Below, piece by piece: positions 19,403 through 29,174 of a stretch of DNA of 64,000 bases (positions are counted from its first letter, which is position 1; every line of letters begins with the position of its first letter). The position numbers and the translations under genes are program-made. Under the pieces are notes generated by a model. That model saw only the letters and a list, made by a program, of their open reading frames with translations. It was not told the origin of the DNA and searched no databases. Source of the DNA: Spirochaetia bacterium (GTDB lineage Bacteria > Spirochaetota > Spirochaetia > CAKZLE01); contig OY782041.1 of the NCBI GenBank assembly GCA_963677595.1, positions 1,024,001 through 1,088,000 of the forward strand. The letters are read 5' to 3'.

Positions 19403-20818
19403 CTACCAGATATAATCAGCGAACGTGAGCCTGACTGACCAGGAGTCGGTCCCAGGATACCAGTCATGGATATAGGCATCCCCCTCCGTATCGTAGGCCA
19501 GGATGGTGAGAGACCCGTTCGTCTGGTCTGCGGTTTCGCCGATGATCGGGTAGTCGTCTGAATCGACCTGGATGTACTCCCCGTCATAGAGATCGGTGTA
19601 CCAGAGGGCGTTATCGCCATAGCGGCCATCATCGAGCATGTCATCGTCCACGAAGTAGATCGCCTCGAGGTCATAGCCTGTATCATTGGTGATCGTCACC
19701 ATCCCCCCGATCTCATAGCCGGGATCATCATCGTACTCCTCGAGGTAGCCCCAGTTCGACTCATGGTCATCGAAGGTGAGCTCTATATCCCAGGCATCGA
19801 GGTCCGGCCACCACTCTTTGATGTACATATCGCCCTCATAGTCGACAGCCAGGATGGTCAGCACCCCGAGCAGCTCGTCGACCTGCCCCTGGATATGGTC
19901 ATAATCTTCCGGGTAGACCGTGAGCCAGTCCCCGTCTGACAGGGTATAGGAACCAAGGAGGTCAGGTCCCCAGTAGTCATCGTCCACCATGTCGTCATCG
20001 AGCATGTAGAGGTAGGAGATCTCATAACCGGTATCGTTTGTGATCGTGAAGCTGTCGCCGTAGTAGTAGCTGTCATCCTCCCAGATCTCACCTGAGATGT
20101 AGTCGGGTACATAGGCGGTGCTGCCGGTGATCTGCCGTGCCCAGTAGAGTTCGTCGACGATCTCTCCCATCGGGATGATGAAGTCCATGTCCCGGGCCTC
20201 GGTGTAGTAGGCAACCACGATGCCGATGACCTCGAGGTCATCATTGATCACAGGGCCGCCGCTGTTTCCGCCATCGAACTTCATCGAGACGTCGTAGAAG
20301 TTCTCCCCCGAACCCATGAAGTCCGGCTGGTAGGAGCTGACCGTACCTTCGGTGATCTTCAGGTTACCGGTGATCGGGTAGCCTGCGGCCCAGATCTCAT
20401 CAAGGAGCTCCACACTGGTCTCAAGACCAAGATACTGGTCACTTTGGTATCCCTCGACCTGCAGGACCGCCCAGTCACGGGTATAGTTCCAGACCAGAGG
20501 CACTGCATCAAAGGTCCCCCCGGAGTTGGTCTTCACCCGCAGGGAGAGTCCCTCCCGGAAGTGGTCCTCAATGACATGGAAGTTGGTACAGACAAGCCCA
20601 TTCTCGGAGAAGAAGAACCCCGTACCGAAGGAGTAGACCTCCCCGTAGGAGTCCACATTGTCGATGCGGACCGTCGTGTCATACAGGAGGTCCCTGATGT
20701 CACTGTTCGAAGCCGCCGTCAGCGTGAATGCCGCTGTAAGAAACAGCAGAAAGCAGAGGATCGGTACGATCCTCCAAGCCCTGTTCTCCTTTCCCATATC
20801 ATCCCCCATGCAGAGCAC
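19403..20818 (-). CDS. Secreted trypsin-like (S1) serine protease with two acidic repeat domains
   Basis: GTGFF, TNFHV, DWAVL, GNSGGP catalytic motifs; two ITNDTGY repeats. Confidence 0.88.
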   Translation of the reverse strand: MLCMGDDMGKENRAWRIVPILCFLLFLTAAFTLTAASNSDIRDLLYDTTVRIDNVDSYGEVYSFGTGFFFSENGLVCTNFHVIEDHFREGLSLRVKTNSGGTFDAVPLVWNYTRDWAVLQVEGYQSDQYLGLETSVELLDEIWAAGYPITGNLKITEGTVSSYQPDFMGSGENFYDVSMKFDGGNSGGPVINDDLEVIGIVVAYYTEARDMDFIIPMGEIVDELYWARQITGSTAYVPDYISGEIWEDDSYYYGDSFTITNDTGYEISYLYMLDDDMVDDDYWGPDLLGSYTLSDGDWLTVYPEDYDHIQGQVDELLGVLTILAVDYEGDMYIKEWWPDLDAWDIELTFDDHESNWGYLEEYDDDPGYEIGGMVTITNDTGYDLEAIYFVDDDMLDDGRYGDNALWYTDLYDGEYIQVDSDDYPIIGETADQTNGSLTILAYDTEGDAYIHDWYPGTDSWSVRLTFADYIW

Positions 20819-20892
20819 TGCTCCTATTCTATTGTGCCACAGAGTCCTGTTTGTGAGAAGGCCGGAACGTGATAATTACCAATTACCGAGGA

Positions 20893-21309
20893 TCAGAACA
20901 TCCCCTCATAACTTAGGAACTCGAAGCTGTAGCCGCCGGCAGCGGGGATATAGGAGGAGGTATCAGATACATACTGGAGGAAGGCCGGGCACTCGTCCCC
21001 TTGGATGAGGATCGGGACCGGCCGGGGGCCGACCCACCCGGGACCCGGGGTGTAGTGCGAGTAGGTGATGGTGATCTCATCCCCGGCCTCCAGCCCGGTC
21101 TCACTGTACTGGATTCGGATGACCTCCGCCAGAATGGTGACCGGCACCGAACTGAAACAGGAGAGGAACGGCGTACTCACATCGAGCACCGTGATGTACA
21201 GCTGTTCAGGAGCAGAGTCCTGCATCCATTGGTACGAATCGGGACTGATCTCGGCAACAAGAAGAGCACTTACCATACAGAGCAAAAGGACTATACCAAT
21301 TCGTTTCAT
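20893..21309 (-). CDS. Secreted hypothetical protein
   Basis: Signal peptide; GAGGTG RBS. Confidence 0.7.
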   Translation of the reverse strand: MKRIGIVLLLCMVSALLVAEISPDSYQWMQDSAPEQLYITVLDVSTPFLSCFSSVPVTILAEVIRIQYSETGLEAGDEITITYSHYTPGPGWVGPRPVPILIQGDECPAFLQYVSDTSSYIPAAGGYSFEFLSYEGMF

Positions 21310-21477
21310 AGAGCCACCTCATACTATTATACTCTATTACGAAGTAAATACGAATAATCATCACATCTTCTTGCATTGTAACCAATTACATGCATAATGT
21401 GTTATAATTATAGCACAGGAACATCAAAAGCGCGTACCACTCAACCTGTTTTGTCCTAAAACTTGAGGGGGTATCAG

Positions 21478-22200
21478 ATGAAGAAAGTCCTAATCCTATT
21501 CGTGATTATAGCAATGATAGTATCCATCTTCTCAGGCTGCGACCCTTTCGGCGGGGGGTATGTCGAGTTCAATGCTGCCACCTGGACCAGGACCAAGGAT
21601 AACATGTTCTTCATCAAGGAGAGCGACAGGGACCTGCGGCTTGCAGGGGGAACAGAACCCAGGACTGACACGGTCTTCGTCCCGCCGGTGAGATTCGGGG
21701 CTTCGTCCTATACCCTGCAGCAATCAACGGACGGTGGGGAGAACTGGACTGACCTCACCACCACGACTACTGATACCCAGGATAGTTTCAGCACCTCAAT
21801 CACCCAGACCGGGCTTCTGCGATTGAAGATAACAGGGGGGCAGTATGACGGCCAGTACTCCAATACGGCAGACCTGTTCCTGGTAAGTGCCTTGGATACC
21901 CAGTTTGCGGGGACTCCGAAATATACCATAACCAACAGTTTCGGTGAATTCACCACTGGCATCTCCGTTGGTTCAGTACCCATAGGGACCGTCATCGATA
22001 AGCAGTTCACCTATCAGTGGTATCACCTTGACCCTGATGACTTTGAGAACTTCACCGCAATTGACGGGGCGACCTCGTCAACCTATTCAGCCACCTCAGC
22101 AGACAACGGGTATATTCTCGTCTGCAGGGCAGTTGGGGACCAAGTCAGTACCGGGGGCTTCATCCATCTTTCGCTGAACCTCACCAGTATCTATTGGTAG
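21478..22200 (+). CDS. Lipoprotein with Ig-like C-terminal domain
   Basis: Lipobox FSGC; YQWY...IDGATSSTY...D.G motif. Confidence 0.8.
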   Translation: MKKVLILFVIIAMIVSIFSGCDPFGGGYVEFNAATWTRTKDNMFFIKESDRDLRLAGGTEPRTDTVFVPPVRFGASSYTLQQSTDGGENWTDLTTTTTDTQDSFSTSITQTGLLRLKITGGQYDGQYSNTADLFLVSALDTQFAGTPKYTITNSFGEFTTGISVGSVPIGTVIDKQFTYQWYHLDPDDFENFTAIDGATSSTYSATSADNGYILVCRAVGDQVSTGGFIHLSLNLTSIYW

Positions 22201-22309
22201 CATAACGTAGCGACTCCAGTATGAATGTGATTCATACATGAAATACTAAAGACCACGTCCACATAACCTGCTTCCCTGTTCCTGCCTGTGAACGTGAGAG
22301 GGGAATGAA

Positions 22310-23077
22310 ATGAAAAAAGTCTTGTTCGTCTGTTTCATCAGTGTCAGTATTCTGTTATTCGTTACCGGCTGTGACCTGCTTGGGAACCTGTTCGGGGACG
22401 GTGGATACATCACCGTTGAATCGGTGCCCAGCAACCTCATGTTCGTGGGGGAAAGCGACCGGGAGGCAACCACGTACAGCACCCGACCCTCGGTGGACAT
22501 CTGGTTCCCATCTCCCAATGACTTCGGGGCTGACAGCTACACCGTCCAGGTATCCACGAACGGGAAGACAACCTGGTCTAACTTCCAGTATTACGGGGAT
22601 GACCTCGTGACGAATGCGGAAGGGACAACCTGTGGGTTCACCGTTGAGCCGACAGTTGCACCCTCCTGGTTCCGTCTCCTGATCTCCGGCGGTACATACG
22701 ACGGGCAGATCTCAGATGCCATGGAAGTACCGATCCTCAGTGAGGTCGATACCCGTTTCTCAGGCTGGGTCCTGGACTATAATGCCACGGCAACGCAGCC
22801 TCCACGGGTTGGGTACGGCATATCAGCGTCCTGTACCGTGACGGAGGCAGAGTCCCCGTATACGGCAGTCGCCGTAAGCTCACTGAACCTGAGCTATCAG
22901 TGGTACCGGGTAAACCCCAATGACTATGATGATATCGAGTTGATCGCAGGGGCCACCGATGCAGTCTATATCACGACCTCCGCTGACAAAGGCCACCAGA
23001 TGATGGTCCGCATGACCGGGGATGGTGTCACCATCGGCGGGTTCGTCCAAGCCATGGCTGAGGACGTGGTGAACTAA
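22310..23077 (+). CDS. Lipoprotein, paralog of the previous gene
   Basis: Lipobox VTGC; shares ESDR, FGA.SYT, GG.YDGQ, YQWY. Confidence 0.8.
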   Translation: MKKVLFVCFISVSILLFVTGCDLLGNLFGDGGYITVESVPSNLMFVGESDREATTYSTRPSVDIWFPSPNDFGADSYTVQVSTNGKTTWSNFQYYGDDLVTNAEGTTCGFTVEPTVAPSWFRLLISGGTYDGQISDAMEVPILSEVDTRFSGWVLDYNATATQPPRVGYGISASCTVTEAESPYTAVAVSSLNLSYQWYRVNPNDYDDIELIAGATDAVYITTSADKGHQMMVRMTGDGVTIGGFVQAMAEDVVN

Positions 23078-24159
23078 TAGGTATTCGTGATTATCCTGTA
23101 GATATCGGTGTTATCCATTCTGGACACATCCCACTGTTCCGCATTCATACCCCAGACATAGATCGGGACATCTCCACGGCTATGCCCGGTATGGCCCCAA
23201 TAGGCATCCGGGTTCGTTGGGAGTGATCCCTCCGTGATCGGTATATCCATATCCAACAGCCCAGTCTCATGGTCTGCCGTCACAATGATCGTGGTATCAT
23301 CCCTGCCTGCTGCCCATGTGTGTATAGCTTCCACCGTCTCATGGAGCTCGATGGTCTCCCCGATCATGTGCACCAGGTTGTTGTCATGGGAGGCATGGTC
23401 AATGCGGCCTGCTTCCACCATGAGGAAGAAGCCGTCAGGACCCTTCTCGAGGATCGATAACGCAGCCTCGGTCATCTCCGGTAGGGAAGGATAATCCTCA
23501 CTTCTTTCTGCAACATACGGTATATGGCCTGTCCCGAATTGTCCGCTTATACGCTCTACATCTTGTGCAACGGCAGTCTGCAGCTCCGCTGCCGTGGTCA
23601 CTACTTTATACCCAGCTGCTTCAGCGGCTGCAACGGTCAAGCCGTAGCCGCCTCCCCCAAGAAGAACCTCCGGCTGTGTCTCTTCCAGGAAGTCAGCCGC
23701 GATCTCCTCATAGTTCCCCCGGTTCTCCTCATGCGCACCGAAGGCTGCTGGCGTGGCATGGGTCAGGTGGGCGGTAGAGACCAGCCCGGTACTCATACCA
23801 TAACGCTTGTAGTATTCCAACAGCGTCTCATAGGGCTTCCCGTCAGGAGCCTGGCTTATAGTCCCGTTCGATACCTTCATTCCCGTTGCCATCGCAGTAG
23901 CCGCAGCGGCGGAATCAGTGATAGCTCCACAGAGAGAGAGGGTTCCGACCTGCGAAGCTGCCGGGAACTGCTGGAAAGAGAGCCCATCCTCCTCACCGGT
24001 GAGGTAGAGGGATGCTGCCCTCACATGGGCGAAGCCCATCCCGTCACCGATGATGAGGATGCAGTTCGTGATCTCAGGCGGCTGCTCGGGAACGATCTGC
24101 ATTGAGCAGGAAACGAGAAGCAGGGAGATCATAAGTATACCGAACAGGATCCTCTTCAT
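23074..24159 (-). CDS. phoA: Alkaline phosphatase (lipoprotein)
   Basis: IGDGMG, TDSAAAATA, HATPAAF, EAGRIDHASH, TADHETG. Confidence 0.92.
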   Translation of the reverse strand: MKRILFGILMISLLLVSCSMQIVPEQPPEITNCILIIGDGMGFAHVRAASLYLTGEEDGLSFQQFPAASQVGTLSLCGAITDSAAAATAMATGMKVSNGTISQAPDGKPYETLLEYYKRYGMSTGLVSTAHLTHATPAAFGAHEENRGNYEEIAADFLEETQPEVLLGGGGYGLTVAAAEAAGYKVVTTAAELQTAVAQDVERISGQFGTGHIPYVAERSEDYPSLPEMTEAALSILEKGPDGFFLMVEAGRIDHASHDNNLVHMIGETIELHETVEAIHTWAAGRDDTTIIVTADHETGLLDMDIPITEGSLPTNPDAYWGHTGHSRGDVPIYVWGMNAEQWDVSRMDNTDIYRIITNTY

Positions 24160-24219
24160 GAGTCAAAGTATACCATAAAATGTTTTACAGGAGACAGCTT
24201 CATCAGCTATGATTGTTAC

Positions 24220-25065
24220 ATGACGACACTGACATTATCTATCACGATCCTGATCTTTGCTATCGCTGTATCATTCCTCTACGGACTGGTCACCCGGAAC
24301 TACTCGACGGTAGACCGCCTCTGGTCTATCCTCCCGGTAGTCTACCTCCTCTGCTGGCTGCCTGATTACATCGATAACCCCAGGTTTATCATCGCTGGTG
24401 TGCTGGTCCTTGCCTGGGCTGTCCGGCTGACGGTGAACTTCGCGATAAAGGGTGGCTATGCCTTCTCCTTCCCCACCGGGTTCACCGGTGAGGACTATCG
24501 CTGGGAGATCCTGCGGGAGAAGATCGGCAATCGTGTGCTCTTCGAGCTCTTCAACCTCTTATTCATCAGCTCCTACCAGCTGCTGCTGATCTTTGCCTTC
24601 ACCCTGCCCCTCTACTTCTACGGCAAGGTGTCCGGGCCGATCACCGCAGTGGAGATCCTGCTCTATACAGTCCATGCCCTCTTGCTCATGCTTGAAGCTG
24701 CCGCTGATATCCAGCAGCTGCGGTTCTACCGCAGCCGGAGCACAGGCGGCAGCCGACACAGTCTCGGGTTCAACACCTTCGGGTTGTGGCAGTACTCCCG
24801 TCACCCGAATTATGTCTGCGAGATGGGTCAATGGATCGTGGTATACCTCTATCTGGTTGCAGCGACGGGAATGCTGCACTGGTCGGGAATCGGGGCAGTA
24901 TTATTAGTGGGCTTGTTCGCCGGCAGCACCCGCTTCACCGAGACGGTGACCGCATCGAAGTATGAGCAGTATGGGGAATGGAAGGAGATGACCTCGGTAT
25001 GGGTCCCTGTGAGGAGGACCTGGGGCCAAAAAAATAAGAGAGAAGAATTTCTCTCCTCTCTCTGA
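24220..25065 (+). CDS. DUF1295 family membrane protein
   Basis: VDRLWS, GEDYRW, GLWQYSRHPNY..E. Confidence 0.88.
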   Translation: MTTLTLSITILIFAIAVSFLYGLVTRNYSTVDRLWSILPVVYLLCWLPDYIDNPRFIIAGVLVLAWAVRLTVNFAIKGGYAFSFPTGFTGEDYRWEILREKIGNRVLFELFNLLFISSYQLLLIFAFTLPLYFYGKVSGPITAVEILLYTVHALLLMLEAAADIQQLRFYRSRSTGGSRHSLGFNTFGLWQYSRHPNYVCEMGQWIVVYLYLVAATGMLHWSGIGAVLLVGLFAGSTRFTETVTASKYEQYGEWKEMTSVWVPVRRTWGQKNKREEFLSSL

Positions 25066-25068
25066 GTC

Positions 25069-25245
25069 TTACTTAGGCTCCCACTTGCATCGGACCGGGG
25101 AGACGATGAGCTCCTCTTTCTTCAGGGCCTTGAAGACCTTGTCTACCTCTTTTCGCTCAAGCCCGGAGAGTTTCTCTACTTCCCCTGCGCTGAGGGGCTT
25201 GCCTGCCCCTCTCATGACTTCCAGGACCTTATCTCTTGCTTCCAT
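25069..25245 (-). CDS. 58-aa stand-alone winged-helix protein
   Basis: GGAGGTG RBS; MEARDKVLEVMRGAGKPLSAGEVEKLSGLERKEVDKVFKALKKEELIVSPVRCKWEPK. Not in the ORF track. Confidence 0.8.
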   Translation of the reverse strand: MEARDKVLEVMRGAGKPLSAGEVEKLSGLERKEVDKVFKALKKEELIVSPVRCKWEPK

Positions 25246-25349
25246 GACTGCACCTCCATATCAATATGCTTATATATTGTATTTACCACATCTTTGTAAT
25301 AATTACAATATATCTCGCATAAGATTGGTCACAGATCCTCACCATTTTT

Positions 25350-26150
25350 TCAATGTTCACGTTCGATGATATCAAGCATGTCTTTCTTCCTGGCCTCGAG
25401 TAATCGATTGAAGGTAGTCTGGTCGATGAATGGGTTCGATCCCTCAGTTTTTCTCGCAGCCTTACCGAGCATATCAGCATGATTGGGATGTGAGCCAAGG
25501 GTAATATCTACATGCATCTTGCTTAAGCGTTCAATGCTGTTGAGAAAATCATCTCGTAAGGAGAACGGCTGTCTGCTTTCCTGAAGGTACTCAGCAGTCA
25601 GTGTATTCACTCCTATCCCGCCATGCATCCCGCATCGATATGTTTTCCCCTGGTCTTCAACATCGAAGAAGAAGGAATACGTCCCAGGAGTGTGTCCAGG
25701 GGTATGGATTGCCTGGATAGAAATATTTCCCAGGTTGATGGTTTCATCTTCACAGAAATAATGGTCAACCTTGAATGGTTCAAAGGTATCCTTATAGACT
25801 ATGATCAGGTCTGTTCGCTCTGTCAGGAAATAGAGGTCTTCTTTCCCCATGAAGATCTCAGCATCTGTATAATGCGCAACTTGAGCAATACCTCCGCAAT
25901 GGTCATAATGGGCATGGGAAATGAGTATGTACTTGATATCCTTTGGATCAAAACCCAGTTTCCTAATACTCTCAAACAGCAGATACACGGTTTGCGGCAT
26001 CATAGCATCAATCAGGATCAGACCATCACCAGTATCTATCAAGTAACTCCCAACCCAGGCACCGCCAATATAATAGACCCCATGCACGACCTCGAACGGA
26101 TCCACAGAAAAATCCCAAGGTCGATCACAATTATTCCTGAATACTTCCAT
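25350..26150 (-). CDS. MBL-fold metallohydrolase (B3-like)
   Basis: SHAHYDH, TPGHTPG, LGSH. Confidence 0.9.
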   Translation of the reverse strand: MEVFRNNCDRPWDFSVDPFEVVHGVYYIGGAWVGSYLIDTGDGLILIDAMMPQTVYLLFESIRKLGFDPKDIKYILISHAHYDHCGGIAQVAHYTDAEIFMGKEDLYFLTERTDLIIVYKDTFEPFKVDHYFCEDETINLGNISIQAIHTPGHTPGTYSFFFDVEDQGKTYRCGMHGGIGVNTLTAEYLQESRQPFSLRDDFLNSIERLSKMHVDITLGSHPNHADMLGKAARKTEGSNPFIDQTTFNRLLEARKKDMLDIIEREH

Positions 26151-26181
26151 CTCTACTCCTGCACTACAGTATATGCGTACG

Positions 26182-27663
26182 TCATGATTTTCGGACTTCC
26201 TTGAAGAAGGATATCAGGATACTTGCTACCCCTATTGCCAGGAAGATCGCTGACACCGGCCTGGTCAAGAAGGTGATTATGCCTTCAGGACTATAACTGA
26301 AACCGCGTCTGAGATTAGATTCGAGCATCTTACCCAAGATCATTGACAGTAAGAAAGGAACTGCAGGTAAATCAGCCCATTTCATCAACACCCCTATAGC
26401 AGCAAACACCAGCATGAGCCCAATATTGAATATAGTATTGGTTGTGATGAAGGCTCCGACAAAACACAGGATGATGATGGTCGGATACAGATAGTGATAA
26501 GGGATCTGCAGGATCTTGGGAAATAGTCTTACCCCGAAATACTGCATACCAAAGATCACAACTGCGGCAAACAAAGCCGAGAAGAACATCACATAGACAA
26601 GAGAAGGGTTATTCGTGAACAGAAGGGGCCCCGGCTCTATACCATGGATCGTCAAGCCCCCAAGGAGGACTGCCGTTGTAGCATCTCCCGGGATACCAAG
26701 TGACACCATGGGGATCAAGGCTCCGCCTACAGATGCATTATTTGAGGATTCAGAAGCAAATATGCCCTCCAAGCTTCCTTTACCAAATTCCTCAGGATGT
26801 TTTGATGCATTCTTGGCAGTACTATATGCTACCAGGTTCGATAACCCGGCACCCATCCCAGGAAGGAACCCAATCCATAATCCTATGAAGAATGAACGGA
26901 CGATGTTGAATATATTGTCCTTGAACTCCTTGAGAGTAACCCCAAACCCTTTCTGTGTATTCCCGGCATTCAATGTTGAGGCATCACTCTGATTCTTCTT
27001 ATAATAATCATAGGAAATCAGATAGATCGCAAAGAGCCCCAACATCAGAGCAACACCGTCGAAACCACCACCGAGATGGATATTACCGAAGGTAAATCGA
27101 TTATAGGCATCAACTGGAGCAAAACCGACACTGCTGAGGATCAGCCCGAAAGAAGCAGCACTCAAACCTTTGAAGATATTCTGTCTTGAGAGAGAGACAA
27201 TCGCAGATATTGCACAGAAACAGAGCGAGAAGATCTCCCAGGGGCCCAACTTCACTGCAAGATTTGCTATGAACTTACTCAAGAACATGGCTACGATACA
27301 GCTGAAGAAGGTGCTGATAAAAGAAGCGATGATCCCGATCCCAAGGGCTTTTTGAGATTGTCCCTTTTGGCTCAAGGGGTAAGCATCATAACAGGTCGCC
27401 ACATTGGAAGCAGTCCCGGGAATCCCCAATAATGTGGCAGCAATGAACCCTCCTGACACACCTCCGACCCAGATGCAGATAAGCATAGCAATACCCAGCT
27501 CAGGCGGCATCCCAAACGTGATAGGCAGCATCAGGGCCACCCCGATCGTTCCACTCAACCCAGGTAAAGCCCCAAAGACAACACCCATTGCTGATGCGAG
27601 CAGCAGCACGATGAAATTCATTGGATCGAATAAAACTGATACAACAACTCCTACGTATTCCAT
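26182..27663 (-). CDS. tctA: Tripartite tricarboxylate transporter permease
   Basis: GALPGL, GIPGTAS, GFLPGMG, ESSNNAS, LGIPGD. Confidence 0.93.
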   Translation of the reverse strand: MEYVGVVVSVLFDPMNFIVLLLASAMGVVFGALPGLSGTIGVALMLPITFGMPPELGIAMLICIWVGGVSGGFIAATLLGIPGTASNVATCYDAYPLSQKGQSQKALGIGIIASFISTFFSCIVAMFLSKFIANLAVKLGPWEIFSLCFCAISAIVSLSRQNIFKGLSAASFGLILSSVGFAPVDAYNRFTFGNIHLGGGFDGVALMLGLFAIYLISYDYYKKNQSDASTLNAGNTQKGFGVTLKEFKDNIFNIVRSFFIGLWIGFLPGMGAGLSNLVAYSTAKNASKHPEEFGKGSLEGIFASESSNNASVGGALIPMVSLGIPGDATTAVLLGGLTIHGIEPGPLLFTNNPSLVYVMFFSALFAAVVIFGMQYFGVRLFPKILQIPYHYLYPTIIILCFVGAFITTNTIFNIGLMLVFAAIGVLMKWADLPAVPFLLSMILGKMLESNLRRGFSYSPEGIITFLTRPVSAIFLAIGVASILISFFKEVRKS

Positions 27664-27674
27664 ACACTTATCCC

Positions 27675-28127
27675 TTAAAAAAGTTTACCAGGCGGTAAAA
27701 TAACTGAAAGTATCTGATCGAACAGAACCCAGATCAAGATAGTCATAATGATCGAGAACAAAGCCTTCTTATACCACTTGATACGTTTGCCATAGGAGAA
27801 CATCGTTACCAACGCATATAATACCAGTGGAGAAGTGATGAGGAAGCCCAAATACTTCATTGAGATGACACAGAAAATGAACACAACCGATATCAGCCCA
27901 AGGCGTTTTGCTTCCTCTCTCGAGATCACGCTGCCCTGTGGACCTGTTTTAGCAAAGATCGAGGTGCCAAACCCGAAAATGATCATCCCAACACTCCCAA
28001 TAAGCGGGAAGAGTCGCGACCCGGGGTCCGCAGACCCCGGATCAGCGGAAGGGATTTGCAACGTTAAAATAAGGGCGATTATTCCTAGAACTACTAGTAT
28101 TGCCCCGATGACTCTATCACGTTTCAC
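27675..28127 (-). CDS. tctB: TTT small membrane subunit
   Basis: 4-5 TM segments, PGSRLFP, C-terminal LPPG; lies between tctC and tctA. Confidence 0.85.
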   Translation of the reverse strand: MKRDRVIGAILVVLGIIALILTLQIPSADPGSADPGSRLFPLIGSVGMIIFGFGTSIFAKTGPQGSVISREEAKRLGLISVVFIFCVISMKYLGFLITSPLVLYALVTMFSYGKRIKWYKKALFSIIMTILIWVLFDQILSVILPPGKLF

Positions 28128-28148
28128 AAACTGCTCCCTAAAAGGTAT

Positions 28149-29141
28149 CTATCGTACAGATATACCAATCTCTTTTGTAGTATTCTTTACTATAGCATCA
28201 TAATCTTCATATACAGACAACTGTGAGTCGATATCTGTGAACACAAATGCCGCTTTAGCATTAGCTGTCTGCTCCAGGAACTCCTCATCATCGTTCAGTT
28301 TCTGCAATACACTCTCGATCTGCAGCTGTAACTCATGATCCATCCCGGCAGGTCCATACAGCAGAAGGACAACATCCCAATAACATCTTGGGTACCCCTG
28401 CTTTACGGCAGGAATGAACTCAGGGTATTTCGGGTCAGCTACAGAATCAACCAATCCCAGCACCTTCATCTGGCCGGAATCAACATACTGTTTTGCGGCA
28501 CTTGAGGTAATAGCACTGATACTGATATTCTTCCCAAGGATACCGGTGATCTTATCAGTCTGGCTGGCTGCATCGACAAGTCGCAGATCGATTTCAGTGG
28601 AGTCCATGAGGATTCCTGCTACGAGGTGTGCAGAACCGCCTTTCTGGCAGCCATAGGTCACCTCTCCAGGATGCTGCTTAGCATATTCCACAAGCTCCTT
28701 CATGTTGTTATAGGGAGCATCAGCATGTGCTACAAAAGCCTGGCTCATTCCCCCAAAGACGATCCCGAGAGGGGTGAAGTCATCATTAGGGCTATAGTTG
28801 TATGTTCCTGTATAATAATTCACATAGAAACCCGGGTGCCAGACCATCATTGCCGACCCATCAGGATCACTGTTCCTGGTAGACTCATAAGCTACCGTTC
28901 CAGCACCAGACGCTTGGTTAACAACAACAAAGTTCTCACCAGTCACACGCTGCAGTCCGCTTGCAAGGATCCTGGACATCACATCCGTACCACCACCAGC
29001 TTTTGCGGGCACATACATAGTCACACTTGACTGAGGCCAGCTCTTCACCGCGGTTCCTTCTTCTTGTGACCCATTCGCAGTAATCGTCCCAGCGACTACT
29101 AATCCTACAAGTAGTAAAACCAAATACAATTTCGTTTTCAT
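28149..29141 (-). CDS. tctC: TTT substrate-binding protein (Bug/TctC)
   Basis: VPAKAGGGTD, VVNQASGAG. Confidence 0.9.
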   Translation of the reverse strand: MKTKLYLVLLLVGLVVAGTITANGSQEEGTAVKSWPQSSVTMYVPAKAGGGTDVMSRILASGLQRVTGENFVVVNQASGAGTVAYESTRNSDPDGSAMMVWHPGFYVNYYTGTYNYSPNDDFTPLGIVFGGMSQAFVAHADAPYNNMKELVEYAKQHPGEVTYGCQKGGSAHLVAGILMDSTEIDLRLVDAASQTDKITGILGKNISISAITSSAAKQYVDSGQMKVLGLVDSVADPKYPEFIPAVKQGYPRCYWDVVLLLYGPAGMDHELQLQIESVLQKLNDDEEFLEQTANAKAAFVFTDIDSQLSVYEDYDAIVKNTTKEIGISVR

Positions 29142-29174
29142 AGTTCCTCCTGTTTATTTATACATAGGCTACGC

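Noticed and set aside
25350-26150. Beta-lactam resistance gene
   Set aside because: The MBL fold alone is insufficient; its position in a catabolic operon favours a lactonase or hydrolase role.
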